Of a stretch of 64,000 nucleotides of DNA, positions 52,519-61,948 are shown one piece after another; position 1 is the first letter of the stretch; each line of letters starts with the position of its first letter. The translations under genes were made by a program, and so were the position numbers. The DNA lies in the NCBI GenBank assembly GCA_944389525.1, contig CALXMR010000001.1:228658-292657 (forward strand), written 5' to 3'. The stretch comes from an uncultured Alphaproteobacteria bacterium. Its GTDB lineage: Bacteria > Pseudomonadota > Alphaproteobacteria > Rs-D84. Under the pieces are notes generated by a model. That model saw only the letters and a list, made by a program, of their open reading frames with translations, was not told the origin of the DNA and ran no database searches.

Positions 52519-53836
52519 CACACGGTTTGCCGCAATTGTACTTTGTGCGGCGATGGTTGGTATGGACGCGTATGCGATGGATTTGTCGCTGGATATGGCC
52601 GTAGATATGATTCTGGACGAATCCCAGGATTTGAAAAAGGCGGCGGCAAATGTAAAAAAAGCCGAAGCGTCACTGGATGTGGCGAATTCAAATCGCTGGT
52701 TCAATATCAGTGGTAATGTTTCGTATATGAATTTGATAAATGTTGAAAATCCGACAAAATCGTATGGGGTTGGTTTGCCGCCTGAATTAGGTGGGATAAT
52801 CGCATCGGCCATTGGCGAACAGGTTAATCATGTTGAAATACCTGACAATATGTTCATGGCGGGTGTATCGATTACTCAGCCGATTTATACATTTGGCAAG
52901 ATTGGAAACGCGGTTCGTGGTGTTAAATCGGCGGTAAAGATGGCACAGTCTGGTCAAGAGGTAACGCGGCGCGAAGTAAAATACAGTGCGGTTGATTTGT
53001 ACTGGACGGCGAAAATGACCGATGAAATCGTCAAAATATCACAACAAGATTTAGATGCGGCGCGTGCCGCCCGGCGCAGTTTGACATCTGCAGGTCGTGC
53101 CAACCGCAGCAATTTGGTTAAAATTGAATCTGATATCGCAACCAAAGAAATCAATTTGTCTAATGCAGAATTTAATCGCGATACCGCGTACAGAATGTTG
53201 AAAATCATGGCGGGTATTGATATGGATACCGAACTGAATCTGACAGACGATTTCCCAGACAGTTTTGCGGACCTGGGTGCGGGCGAATTAACATCTACGC
53301 CGCAATGGGATATGTTGAATGAACAGATTCAGATGTATGAACGCAATGCCCGGTCGCAACGGGCGGGCGCGTTGCCAACATTGGCGGCAACTGCATCATA
53401 CAGCTATATCGCAATGGATAATGAATTTAAGCATATGTTTGATAATAATAACTATCAGTCTGCATATTGGGGATTGGCGTTACAGGTGCCGATTTTCAGT
53501 GGTGGTGTGAATATGGCGAATGCGACCGTAGATGCCATGAACGCCGAAGCGGCGCGCCAAGATCTGGACAAGGCGAAAAAGATGACAACCGAAGAATACA
53601 CACGCGCCATTGACCAATATAATCATTTGCGCGGGAATCTGGCGACATTGAAAAATGCGCGTGATTTGGCGGCCAAGGCATATGATTTTTCGCGTGACAG
53701 ATTTGCATCAGGGCAAACATCGGCAATCGAATTGTCAGAGGTTTCGGCCGGTTTATATCAATTGGACATGGCGCTGTTACAGGCGAAATACAATATTCTA
53801 ATGTCCGCAGAATCAGTAAAAAAACTAGGTGAATAA
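52511..53836 (+). CDS. TolC-family outer-membrane efflux protein
   Basis: 441 aa. Signal peptide, two repeated halves with coiled-coil heptads. It overlaps marR by 8 nt. Confidence 0.75.
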   Translation: MHNTRFAAIVLCAAMVGMDAYAMDLSLDMAVDMILDESQDLKKAAANVKKAEASLDVANSNRWFNISGNVSYMNLINVENPTKSYGVGLPPELGGIIASAIGEQVNHVEIPDNMFMAGVSITQPIYTFGKIGNAVRGVKSAVKMAQSGQEVTRREVKYSAVDLYWTAKMTDEIVKISQQDLDAARAARRSLTSAGRANRSNLVKIESDIATKEINLSNAEFNRDTAYRMLKIMAGIDMDTELNLTDDFPDSFADLGAGELTSTPQWDMLNEQIQMYERNARSQRAGALPTLAATASYSYIAMDNEFKHMFDNNNYQSAYWGLALQVPIFSGGVNMANATVDAMNAEAARQDLDKAKKMTTEEYTRAIDQYNHLRGNLATLKNARDLAAKAYDFSRDRFASGQTSAIELSEVSAGLYQLDMALLQAKYNILMSAESVKKLGE

Positions 53837-54434
53837 AATGGAACGGTTTATCAAGTCTTGGAACACACCGCGCACGCGGCACATTGTCTATATCGTATTT
53901 ATGGCGATAATGTTAGGGTGGGTCATTTTCAGATTTGCGATGATTATATCTGAAAATAAAATGGATGTGTTTAATCCATCGCGGGGTGCGGCCCAAAATG
54001 GTATACCGGTAAATACTATTGTGATGCAATCACAGTCTGGGGTATTGCGTGAACCAATTACGGTGCAGAATAATCGTGCATATGTGTCTGCATCGCGTTT
54101 GGATAAATTGCACCGCGGCAGTCGCGTGGGCAATGGCGAAATTGTGTCTATATCGCGTGATATCGATTTAAATTCTGGCATGCATATTGTGCGCACACGC
54201 GGGGTGTCAGATGGATTGCAGTATGCAGAATATAAAACAGATGGATATTTTGTTCCACTGTATGCGATTCATAATGGAACGGTGATGGTCGCAGAAAATA
54301 ATATTGCCACCCCACGCACGGTAACGGTAATTCACACAGACGCAGAAAACGCAATGGTTGATGGTCTGGCTGATGGTGACATTGTCATATTGTCCAAGGT
54401 GGATGCCGGACAATCTGTAAAATTGGTTAAATAA
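53829..54434 (+). CDS. Periplasmic adaptor (membrane-fusion) subunit, unusually short
   Basis: 201 aa. N-terminal TM anchor, beta-strand lipoyl/beta-barrel-like segments, no long coiled-coil hairpin. Confidence 0.55.
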   Translation: MNKMERFIKSWNTPRTRHIVYIVFMAIMLGWVIFRFAMIISENKMDVFNPSRGAAQNGIPVNTIVMQSQSGVLREPITVQNNRAYVSASRLDKLHRGSRVGNGEIVSISRDIDLNSGMHIVRTRGVSDGLQYAEYKTDGYFVPLYAIHNGTVMVAENNIATPRTVTVIHTDAENAMVDGLADGDIVILSKVDAGQSVKLVK

Positions 54435-54473
54435 AATCTTTCGTACATTACATTCATTCAGGAGGATTAAGAT

Positions 54474-57400
54474 ATGTTAAAGTTTTTTGTACGCAGACCT
54501 GTTACAACAGTTATGTTTGTTTTGTTCTGGGTTGTGTTGGGTTTTGTTTCATTCCCAAAGATGAATATAGAACGCACCCCATCGGTTGATTTTCCAATGG
54601 TGACTGCGACATTCGTATATCCAGGTGCATCACCATCGGAAATTGAATCACAGGTTGTAAAAAAGGCCGAAGATGCAATATCCGAAGTTTCTGAATTAAA
54701 GAAAATCACATCCCAGGCGTTTGAAAACGGCGGATTTGTTATGGCGGAATTTAACCTGGGGGTTGATCCGAATGATAAAGCGACCGAGGTTAAAACAAAA
54801 CTGGATTCATTAATATCTGAATTTCCATCTGATATGGAACAGCCCATCGTTGAAAAACTAAACCCACTGGAAGAATCCGTGATTGATATCGCAATCAGTG
54901 GTTCGAACCTGCGTGATTTACAAGAATATACCGATGATATATTGTCTAATAAACTTACATCAATTGCTGGTGTGGCCAGTGTGTCCATATTTGGTGGTGA
55001 AACGCGCGCGATTCGCATTGAACTGGACCCAGACATGTTGGCATCACGTGGTGCAACAATTGTTGATGTTGTATCGGCACTGGGGGCGCGGAATTTAAAT
55101 GTTCCGGGCGGAAAAATCGAATTCGGTACAGATTCATCAAATGTTCGTTTCGTTGGTGAATTTGCCAGTGTTGATGAAATTGCAAATCTGGAATTGACCA
55201 CGGTCGAAGGTCAAACATTCAAACTGCGCGATATTGCCACGGTGCGTGATGCGGCGCGCGATATAGAAACAGGTGGCCGCTATAATGGCCAAGAAGTAAT
55301 TATTGCGTCTGTTGTCAAGGCATCGGATGGTAATGCCATTAATATATCGCGTGATTTGCGTGCGCGTATGCCAGAATTCCAGGCAGACCTGGAATCGCGT
55401 TTCCCAGATGCGCGCATGGAAATTGTTGCCGATTCATCTGTGTCGGTCGCTGACGAGACATACGGCACAATCGAAGGTATTATCCTGGGGGTTATATTTA
55501 CCGTATTAGTTTTATTGGCGTTCACCCGCAATTGGCGTTCAACAATTATTGCCGGTGTTGTGATACCTGCGTCATTGATTGCCGGATTCTTTTTCATGGA
55601 TTTCAGCAATTTTACAATTAATGCATTGACGCTGTTGGCGTATTCATCTGCGCTGGGGACATTGGTGTCGAACGCCATTATTTTGATCGAGGCATCATTG
55701 CAAGAAATGCAAAATGGCAAAGACCCTGAAACGGCGGCAATTGACGGAACTAAAAAGGTTGCGGTTTCCGTATTGGCGGGCGTTGGAACGAATGTTGTGG
55801 TGTTCTTGCCGTTGGCGTTTATGGGTGGAATTGCCGGCCAGTTCATGAACCAATTTGGTTTGACGGTTGTGTATTTGACATTGTTGTCACTGTTGTTCTC
55901 GTTCACATTAACGCCGATGATGATTGCCAAGATTTTGCGTTTGCAAAACAAAAAATCTGGAAAGAAATCAAATGGCAAAGATGCGAAAACTGTTCGTGCA
56001 ACGGTGGTACCAGACGATAAAAAAACACCGGCCAGCAAATCTATGATGCGCCGCTGGTATAATTTCCAGCATGCACATCCGTGGCGTGTGGTTGTGATGT
56101 CAGTTGTTGCGTTGGTTGCGTCTGCGATGCTGATGAAATTTGTCGGTAATGAATTTGCGCCATCGACTGATGCAAATGAAATTAATATAACCGCGCGTGC
56201 ACCAATGGGCGCAACATTTGAAAAATCATCCGAAATCGCCAAACAGATTGAAGAAAAACTGGCGCAATTTGATGAAGTCAGCGCAGTCCAGGTGAAAATC
56301 GGTGATCGTGGGTTGCAAAATATTGCGGTGAAATTAACACTGGTTGATTTGGCTGAACGCGATGTGTCAGACAAAGAGCTGGCGCGTGAAATATTGCCAG
56401 TCTTGTCGGAAATACCCGATGTGGAAATACAAATTCGCGCCGGCCAGGCAATATCCAGTGGCGCAACATCTGCGGATATTGTGTTAAATGTCATGGGCGA
56501 AGATGATACTAAACGCGAAGCGTACGCCCATCAAATCATCGACATGATAAACCAAATACCCGAAGTGCAATCGGCGGTATTGGCCCAGCAAACACCAGGG
56601 TATGAAACACGCTTTGTCCCAGACCAAGAAAAAATGAACTTTTGGGGTATCAGTAATTCATACGCGGGTATGACATTGCGTACGGCACTGTATGGAAACG
56701 ATGATTATAACTATAAAGAAAACGGCGAAGAATATCCGATTATCTTGGAATTTGCCAAACCGTTTAAAAACATGGAGATGTTTGATAATGTGTTTGTAAA
56801 TTCGCAAAAGGGCATGGTTGCATTAACACAACTGGGTGATGTGCAACGCGTTCGCGCCACCCCAGATATCAGTCGTATTGATAAAAATCGTATTACCGAG
56901 ATAGATATAAATCTTGGAAAATCAACCATGGGCCCGGTCCAAGAAAAAATCGAAGCCGCCCTGGCAACAATTGATTGGGAACCTGGTTACAGCACAGAAT
57001 TTGGTGGTATGTCTGAAATCCAAGATGAAACAACCACAGAAATCGGCAGTGCGTTTATGTTGGCTGTTATATTGACATACATGTTGCTGGCGGCGATTTT
57101 AAATTCGTTGGCACATCCATTTACAATTGCGACATCGATTATAACCAGTTTTGCCGGGGTGTTTGTACTGATGTTCTTGTCTGGGGCGTCAATGAATGTT
57201 GGGGCGATGTTGGCGTGCGTTATGTTGGTTGGTCTGGTTGTTAACAATAATATTTTGGTATTGGAACCAACGGTTGGTCGCATCGCGGATGGCCAGCGTC
57301 CATACGATGCATTGTGGACAGAATTAACCGATAAACGGCGCATGATTTTGATGACATCAATCGCGGTTATCACTGGTATGATTCCACAGTTATGGAGTGC

Positions 57401-57536
57401 CGATGGCATGAAAGTTGCCATGGCAGCCGTCATGATTGGTGGTATGTTTGCCAGTATGGTATTTACATTTGTTTTGACACCGGCATTGTTCTTTTTGGTG
57501 GAACGCGGTCGTGCGCGTTTGCGCCGCCGGAAATAA
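54474..57536 (+). CDS. RND-family efflux transporter (AcrB/HAE1-like)
   Basis: 1020 aa, 12 TM helices in a 1+5/1+5 arrangement with two large periplasmic loops. Confidence 0.9.
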   Translation: MLKFFVRRPVTTVMFVLFWVVLGFVSFPKMNIERTPSVDFPMVTATFVYPGASPSEIESQVVKKAEDAISEVSELKKITSQAFENGGFVMAEFNLGVDPNDKATEVKTKLDSLISEFPSDMEQPIVEKLNPLEESVIDIAISGSNLRDLQEYTDDILSNKLTSIAGVASVSIFGGETRAIRIELDPDMLASRGATIVDVVSALGARNLNVPGGKIEFGTDSSNVRFVGEFASVDEIANLELTTVEGQTFKLRDIATVRDAARDIETGGRYNGQEVIIASVVKASDGNAINISRDLRARMPEFQADLESRFPDARMEIVADSSVSVADETYGTIEGIILGVIFTVLVLLAFTRNWRSTIIAGVVIPASLIAGFFFMDFSNFTINALTLLAYSSALGTLVSNAIILIEASLQEMQNGKDPETAAIDGTKKVAVSVLAGVGTNVVVFLPLAFMGGIAGQFMNQFGLTVVYLTLLSLLFSFTLTPMMIAKILRLQNKKSGKKSNGKDAKTVRATVVPDDKKTPASKSMMRRWYNFQHAHPWRVVVMSVVALVASAMLMKFVGNEFAPSTDANEINITARAPMGATFEKSSEIAKQIEEKLAQFDEVSAVQVKIGDRGLQNIAVKLTLVDLAERDVSDKELAREILPVLSEIPDVEIQIRAGQAISSGATSADIVLNVMGEDDTKREAYAHQIIDMINQIPEVQSAVLAQQTPGYETRFVPDQEKMNFWGISNSYAGMTLRTALYGNDDYNYKENGEEYPIILEFAKPFKNMEMFDNVFVNSQKGMVALTQLGDVQRVRATPDISRIDKNRITEIDINLGKSTMGPVQEKIEAALATIDWEPGYSTEFGGMSEIQDETTTEIGSAFMLAVILTYMLLAAILNSLAHPFTIATSIITSFAGVFVLMFLSGASMNVGAMLACVMLVGLVVNNNILVLEPTVGRIADGQRPYDALWTELTDKRRMILMTSIAVITGMIPQLWSADGMKVAMAAVMIGGMFASMVFTFVLTPALFFLVERGRARLRRRK

Positions 57537-57567
57537 AAATGGGGCATTGCCCCATTTTTATTGCAAA

Positions 57568-57602
57568 TTTGTAAAAAAGATTGTTATAATTCCACCAAAA
57601 TA
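57568..57602 (+). promoter_or_regulatory. Sigma-70-type promoter for the HAD hydrolase gene
   Basis: ttgcaa - 18 nt - tataat, directly after the terminator ggggcattgccccattttt (57540-57562). Confidence 0.5.
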
Positions 57603-57616
57603 TCAAAGGAATATCT

Positions 57617-58219
57617 ATGTTAAAAAAAGAAGATGTTGTTATATTTGATTTTGATGGGACATTATCGGCGCATGATTCAAATGTCGAATTTGCCAAGTAC
57701 TGTTTTCGGCGTTCATTACGGCCATGGTTGTATTTACCGCTGATGGCGGTGGCGGGTGTGGCGTGCATGTTTAACCCGGGTGGCGTATGGTGGCGCCAGA
57801 ATATGCGCCGCTTTATGACACCGCGTATGGTGCGCGAATTTGCCCCTGGGTTTATAAAACAGCATATGCGTGAACGGTTTGGGTGGTCCGCCGACCAGGT
57901 GGCCAAAGAACGCGGCGATGGACGCAGTGTGATTTTAATATCGGCCAGTCCGGATTATTTACTGCCCCGACTGGTGCGTGATATGAAATTTGATGCGGTA
58001 TTATGTTCCCGCATGGACGAAGAAAAACCATGGCGGTATGAATTTTTATGCTGGGGCCAGAACAAGGTCTATGCCATGGACGAATGGGCCAAAAAGAATA
58101 AAATAATTCCAAATGTTGTTCGTTCATATTCAGACAGCAAATCAGACATGCCACTGATGGAAATTGCCGATGACCAGGTATGGATAGATCGGAAAACCGG
58201 CCTAAGAAAACATGCCTGA
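57617..58219 (+). CDS. HAD-superfamily hydrolase (subfamily IB-like)
   Basis: Motif I VIFDFDGTL, 200 aa. Confidence 0.7.
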   Translation: MLKKEDVVIFDFDGTLSAHDSNVEFAKYCFRRSLRPWLYLPLMAVAGVACMFNPGGVWWRQNMRRFMTPRMVREFAPGFIKQHMRERFGWSADQVAKERGDGRSVILISASPDYLLPRLVRDMKFDAVLCSRMDEEKPWRYEFLCWGQNKVYAMDEWAKKNKIIPNVVRSYSDSKSDMPLMEIADDQVWIDRKTGLRKHA

Positions 58220-58490
58220 TGAAATATGCCGCGTGATGCGGCATAATTTGTTTATGGTTATCACAGATGTTTTATACGATTTAACAGTTGGTGTTGCCGG
58301 CGCGGTAATTGGCGCACTGATAATGTTGGTATTCACGCGTAAAAAGAACCGCCGCCTGTCGGACGAGATTATTTTAAATCGGCGCGATCTAGAAAAACTG
58401 CGTCTGGAAAACAATCGTTTAATAGAAACAATCAAAGACCGCGAAAATCAAATCCTGGAATTACAGGAAAAAATATTACGCAAAAAATAG
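58212..58490 (+). CDS. Small membrane-anchored coiled-coil protein
   Basis: One TM helix (GVAGAVIGALIMLVF) then a charged coiled coil. The true start may be the internal Met at 58254. Confidence 0.4.
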   Translation: MPDEICRVMRHNLFMVITDVLYDLTVGVAGAVIGALIMLVFTRKKNRRLSDEIILNRRDLEKLRLENNRLIETIKDRENQILELQEKILRKK

Positions 58491-58495
58491 CGATA

Positions 58496-59368
58496 CTATG
58501 ATTCAAAATCCATATCGCGCAATTTTTCTGCGCGCGGGGTGACTTTCCCAATTGATGTTTGCAGTTGTTCAATGTCGGTGGTTGCCATGTTAAAATGCTG
58601 TTGCACCTTGGCTGCGCGGTCTGACAACCGCCCCAGGTCGGCCAACAATAAATCCAGTTCGCGCTTTATTTTGGTCGCAACGCGTTTTATTTTTATGTCT
58701 GACAAAACCGCGCGCACTGTGTTCAATGTTGCCCACAATGTCGATGGTGACACAATAAAAACCTTGCGCCGGGCGGCATAGTCAACCACGCCCGGGAAAT
58801 CGCGATGCAGTGTTTCAAATATTGATTCAGATGCAATAAACATCATTGCCGATTCCGCCGTTTTGCCTGGGATAATATATTTTTCGGCAATCGCGTCAAT
58901 ATGCTTGCGCACATCCAGTTCAAATTGTTTTCGCGCACCATCATCGTTATTTTCAGTCATGCGATTATAACTTTCCAGTGGAAATTTACTGTCGATAATC
59001 ATGTCGCCCGGCGGATAGGGCAGGCGGATTATACAGTCTGGTCGCACACCTGTATCCAGCACCGTTTGAAACGAATATGTATCTGGTGGCATAATATCTG
59101 CAACCAAATCCGCCAGTTGTCGTTCACCAAATGTACCGCGTGCCTGTTTATTTCCCATCAAAATATTCTTAAAATTCGCGATGTCGCCACTGATGTTTTT
59201 CAGTTCAATTGCATTCTGGGCCAGCATTCCCAACCGTTCCGCCAACCGTTCACGCAGACGCGCATTATCTTCGCGCAGTGCCGATATATCCACCGTTGGC
59301 CGCCGCATCAACAGCGCAATTAACAGAATTATTATTATCCCCAACAGCACAAAAATATAAGTTGTCAT
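58496..59368 (-). CDS. rmuC: DNA recombination protein RmuC
   Basis: N-terminal TM helix, coiled coil, and the RmuC core PDCIIRLPYPPGDMIIDSKFPLESY. Confidence 0.8.
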   Translation of the reverse strand: MTTYIFVLLGIIIILLIALLMRRPTVDISALREDNARLRERLAERLGMLAQNAIELKNISGDIANFKNILMGNKQARGTFGERQLADLVADIMPPDTYSFQTVLDTGVRPDCIIRLPYPPGDMIIDSKFPLESYNRMTENNDDGARKQFELDVRKHIDAIAEKYIIPGKTAESAMMFIASESIFETLHRDFPGVVDYAARRKVFIVSPSTLWATLNTVRAVLSDIKIKRVATKIKRELDLLLADLGRLSDRAAKVQQHFNMATTDIEQLQTSIGKVTPRAEKLRDMDFES

Positions 59369-59410
59369 TTTCCAATCCTTTGCTAAAATCCATTATAAAA
59401 GGATTTATGA

Positions 59411-59911
59411 ATGTTGCAAATGAAACTTTGTGGGGATTTGGTTTTGCGTGAAAAGTGCGCGCCCATTACAGAAATAACCCCCGATGTTTTGGATATTTTG
59501 GATGAAATGGTCGGCATGATGCGTGACCAGAATGGGGTTGGCCTGGCCGCACCCCAGGTGGGGTATTTAAAACGGTTTTTGGTCATGATGAATCCAGATG
59601 ATGAAACAGTATTTAAAATGATAAACCCAAAAATCATCACACGCAGTACAGAACAGTGCACCATGGAAGAAGGATGTTTGTCCGTGCTGGGGCATGATAA
59701 CTTGCCGGTGTATGCGAATGTAACGCGGCCTGCATCGGTCGAAGTAGAATGGATGAACGAACATGGCGAACAACTGCGCGCCCAGATGGCGGGGTTGCCG
59801 GCCCGCATTGTCCAGCATGAAACAGATCATCTGGATGGGATTTTGTTTATTGATTATCTGTCGCCAGTGCGGCGCGAAATGGTCATGCGCAAGGTAAGGA
59901 AACGCAAATGA
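59411..59911 (+). CDS. def: Peptide deformylase
   Basis: GVGLAAPQVG, EGCLSV, HETDHLDG. Confidence 0.92.
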   Translation: MLQMKLCGDLVLREKCAPITEITPDVLDILDEMVGMMRDQNGVGLAAPQVGYLKRFLVMMNPDDETVFKMINPKIITRSTEQCTMEEGCLSVLGHDNLPVYANVTRPASVEVEWMNEHGEQLRAQMAGLPARIVQHETDHLDGILFIDYLSPVRREMVMRKVRKRK

Positions 59912-60714
59912 AATTGGTACTGATGGGGACAAATGATTTTGTCGTGCCAATGTTTGATGCCATATTAAACGCCGGTCATGAAATCATGGCTGTGTTCACC
60001 CGTGCACCGCGACCCGCGGGACGCAAACAGATTCTGACCCCGTCACAGGTAAACATCTGGGCGGATGCAAAGAATTTGCCAGTGTACACAAACATTCGTG
60101 ATTATAATTTTTCGCCTGATATGATTGTGGTGGTGTCGTATGGTGTGATATTGCGCGATAATGTTTTAAATTCTGCGCCGTGCGTAAATATTCACCCCAG
60201 TTGCCTGCCAAAATATCGTGGACCGTCACCAATACGCACGGCAATTTTTAATGGTGATACAAAATCTGCGGTCTGCCTGATGCAGGTTACCCCCGACATG
60301 GATGCCGGTGATATTTATATACATCGCGAATTTGATATCGGTGAAAATGAAACCAACACTGATATAGAAAACAAGGTTTCCAAAATTGGTGCAGAAATCT
60401 TGGTGGAATATTTATCAAATCCGTCTGGGTATGTACCAATGCCACAAATCGGCACGCCAACATACACGCGTAAATTCACCGGCGCGGATGAAATAATAGA
60501 TTGGTCGCGTGGCGCGCGCGCGATACATAACCAGATTCGTGCCTTGGGCGCGGGGCGCACAAAAATCAACGGGACAGATGTAAAAATTCTGGAAACGCGT
60601 GTGGAAAATAATGAATTAAAAATCATCCGTATCCAGCCGGCTGGTAAAAAACCAATGGATTGGAAAAGTTTCCTAAATGGCTTGCGTGGGGCAGAAATAA
60701 AAATAGGTGAATAA
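59908..60714 (+). CDS. fmt: Methionyl-tRNA formyltransferase (short form)
   Basis: 268 aa. N-terminal formyltransferase fold (NIHPSCLPKYRGPSPI). It overlaps def by 4 nt. Confidence 0.85.
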   Translation: MKLVLMGTNDFVVPMFDAILNAGHEIMAVFTRAPRPAGRKQILTPSQVNIWADAKNLPVYTNIRDYNFSPDMIVVVSYGVILRDNVLNSAPCVNIHPSCLPKYRGPSPIRTAIFNGDTKSAVCLMQVTPDMDAGDIYIHREFDIGENETNTDIENKVSKIGAEILVEYLSNPSGYVPMPQIGTPTYTRKFTGADEIIDWSRGARAIHNQIRALGAGRTKINGTDVKILETRVENNELKIIRIQPAGKKPMDWKSFLNGLRGAEIKIGE

Positions 60715-60969
60715 ATGTATATCGAAGGTTATTGTCCATTTAAAAAAGAAAATATAGTATTAAATGAATGTAATATGTCATGCATATGTGCGATGTGTGA
60801 TAACGAAAAATGTATGGAACGTATTGATACTGGTGCGGCATATAAATATTCCATATGCCAGGAATATATAACATACAAAATCGATGCAGAATACAAGCAT
60901 GAAAAACGGCGTCAATGTCGTATGTGTCTGGAAATCGGTCGCAAACATTTTGCACAAAAACAAAAATAA
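60715..60969 (+). CDS. Small cysteine-rich protein (hypothetical)
   Basis: 84 aa, 10 Cys (CPFKKEN...CNMSCICAMCDNEKC...CRMC). Its ATG abuts the fmt stop. Confidence 0.45.
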   Translation: MYIEGYCPFKKENIVLNECNMSCICAMCDNEKCMERIDTGAAYKYSICQEYITYKIDAEYKHEKRRQCRMCLEIGRKHFAQKQK

Positions 60970-60985
60970 AACAGGGAAAGTATTT

Positions 60986-61201
60986 ATGACCAAGAAAATA
61001 AAATCCAAAGATTGTATGCAGCAAGATTTGCCACCACAATGGTGCAAATATTGTTGCTATTTCGGATATGACAAAAATTGGAACGCATGTTATCGTGGCT
61101 TTTTCACAACACTGGTAAACGGCCCCTGCGTGGTCAGTTTTGATGGATACTGTGAACATTTTCAGTACGCCAAAAAATATAAAAACACAAAATCCAGATA
61201 A
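60986..61201 (+). CDS. Small cysteine-rich protein (hypothetical)
   Basis: 71 aa from MTKKIKSKDCMQQ, eight Cys (WCKYCCYFGYD...CYRG...C...C). Confidence 0.45.
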   Translation: MTKKIKSKDCMQQDLPPQWCKYCCYFGYDKNWNACYRGFFTTLVNGPCVVSFDGYCEHFQYAKKYKNTKSR

Positions 61202-61204
61202 CAA

Positions 61205-61948
61205 ATGACGCGGTATAAAATTACTCTTGAATACGATGGAACGGATTTAATTGGCTGGCAACAAAATCGCCAGGGGCCATCTGTGCAGTCGTTGTTAATG
61301 GATGCGATTGAACGCTTTTGTGGTGCGCGCCCTGATATCGTTGCCGCGGGTCGCACTGATGCGGGCGTGCATGCGGTTGCGATGACGGCGCACTTTGATT
61401 TGCCAGATTGCCCAGATGCAAATACTGTTATGCGCGCGATGAATTTTTATCTGACCAATTCACCAGTTGTGGTCATTGGTTGTGAAATTGTGTCGGATGA
61501 TTTTAATGCGCGATTTTCATGCGTTGCGCGCCATTATAAATACATTGTATTAAATCGCAGTGCCGGGCCCGCGCTGGATAAAAATCGTGTGTGGTGGGTG
61601 CCGCGCAAATTAAATGTTTCGTCCATGCGCCGTGCGGCATCAAGACTGGTTGGACATCATGATTTTACCAGTTTTCGCGCAACCCAGTGCCAGGCAAAAA
61701 GTCCGATGAAAACATTGGATACATGTAAAATAATCCGCCGCGGCGATTATGTCATATTTGAATTTTCGGCGCGGTCGTTCTTGCATCACCAGGTGCGAAA
61801 TATGGTCGGTACACTGGTTGAAATCGGACTGGGCAAACCGTACGATATTGATGAAATTTTTGCGGCCCGTAACCGCAGTGCTGCGGGACCAACGGCACCG
61901 GCATCTGGGCTGTATTTTATTCAGGCCGACTATGCCACGGCCGCGTAA
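61205..61948 (+). CDS. truA: tRNA pseudouridine(38-40) synthase
   Basis: ITLEYDGTDLIGWQ, the catalytic-Asp region AAGRTDAGVHA. Confidence 0.9.
   Translation: MTRYKITLEYDGTDLIGWQQNRQGPSVQSLLMDAIERFCGARPDIVAAGRTDAGVHAVAMTAHFDLPDCPDANTVMRAMNFYLTNSPVVVIGCEIVSDDFNARFSCVARHYKYIVLNRSAGPALDKNRVWWVPRKLNVSSMRRAASRLVGHHDFTSFRATQCQAKSPMKTLDTCKIIRRGDYVIFEFSARSFLHHQVRNMVGTLVEIGLGKPYDIDEIFAARNRSAAGPTAPASGLYFIQADYATAA

Noticed and set aside
55280-56494. 404-aa minus-strand ORF
   Set aside because: It is antisense to the RND transporter gene, which has a full 12-TM architecture on the plus strand.
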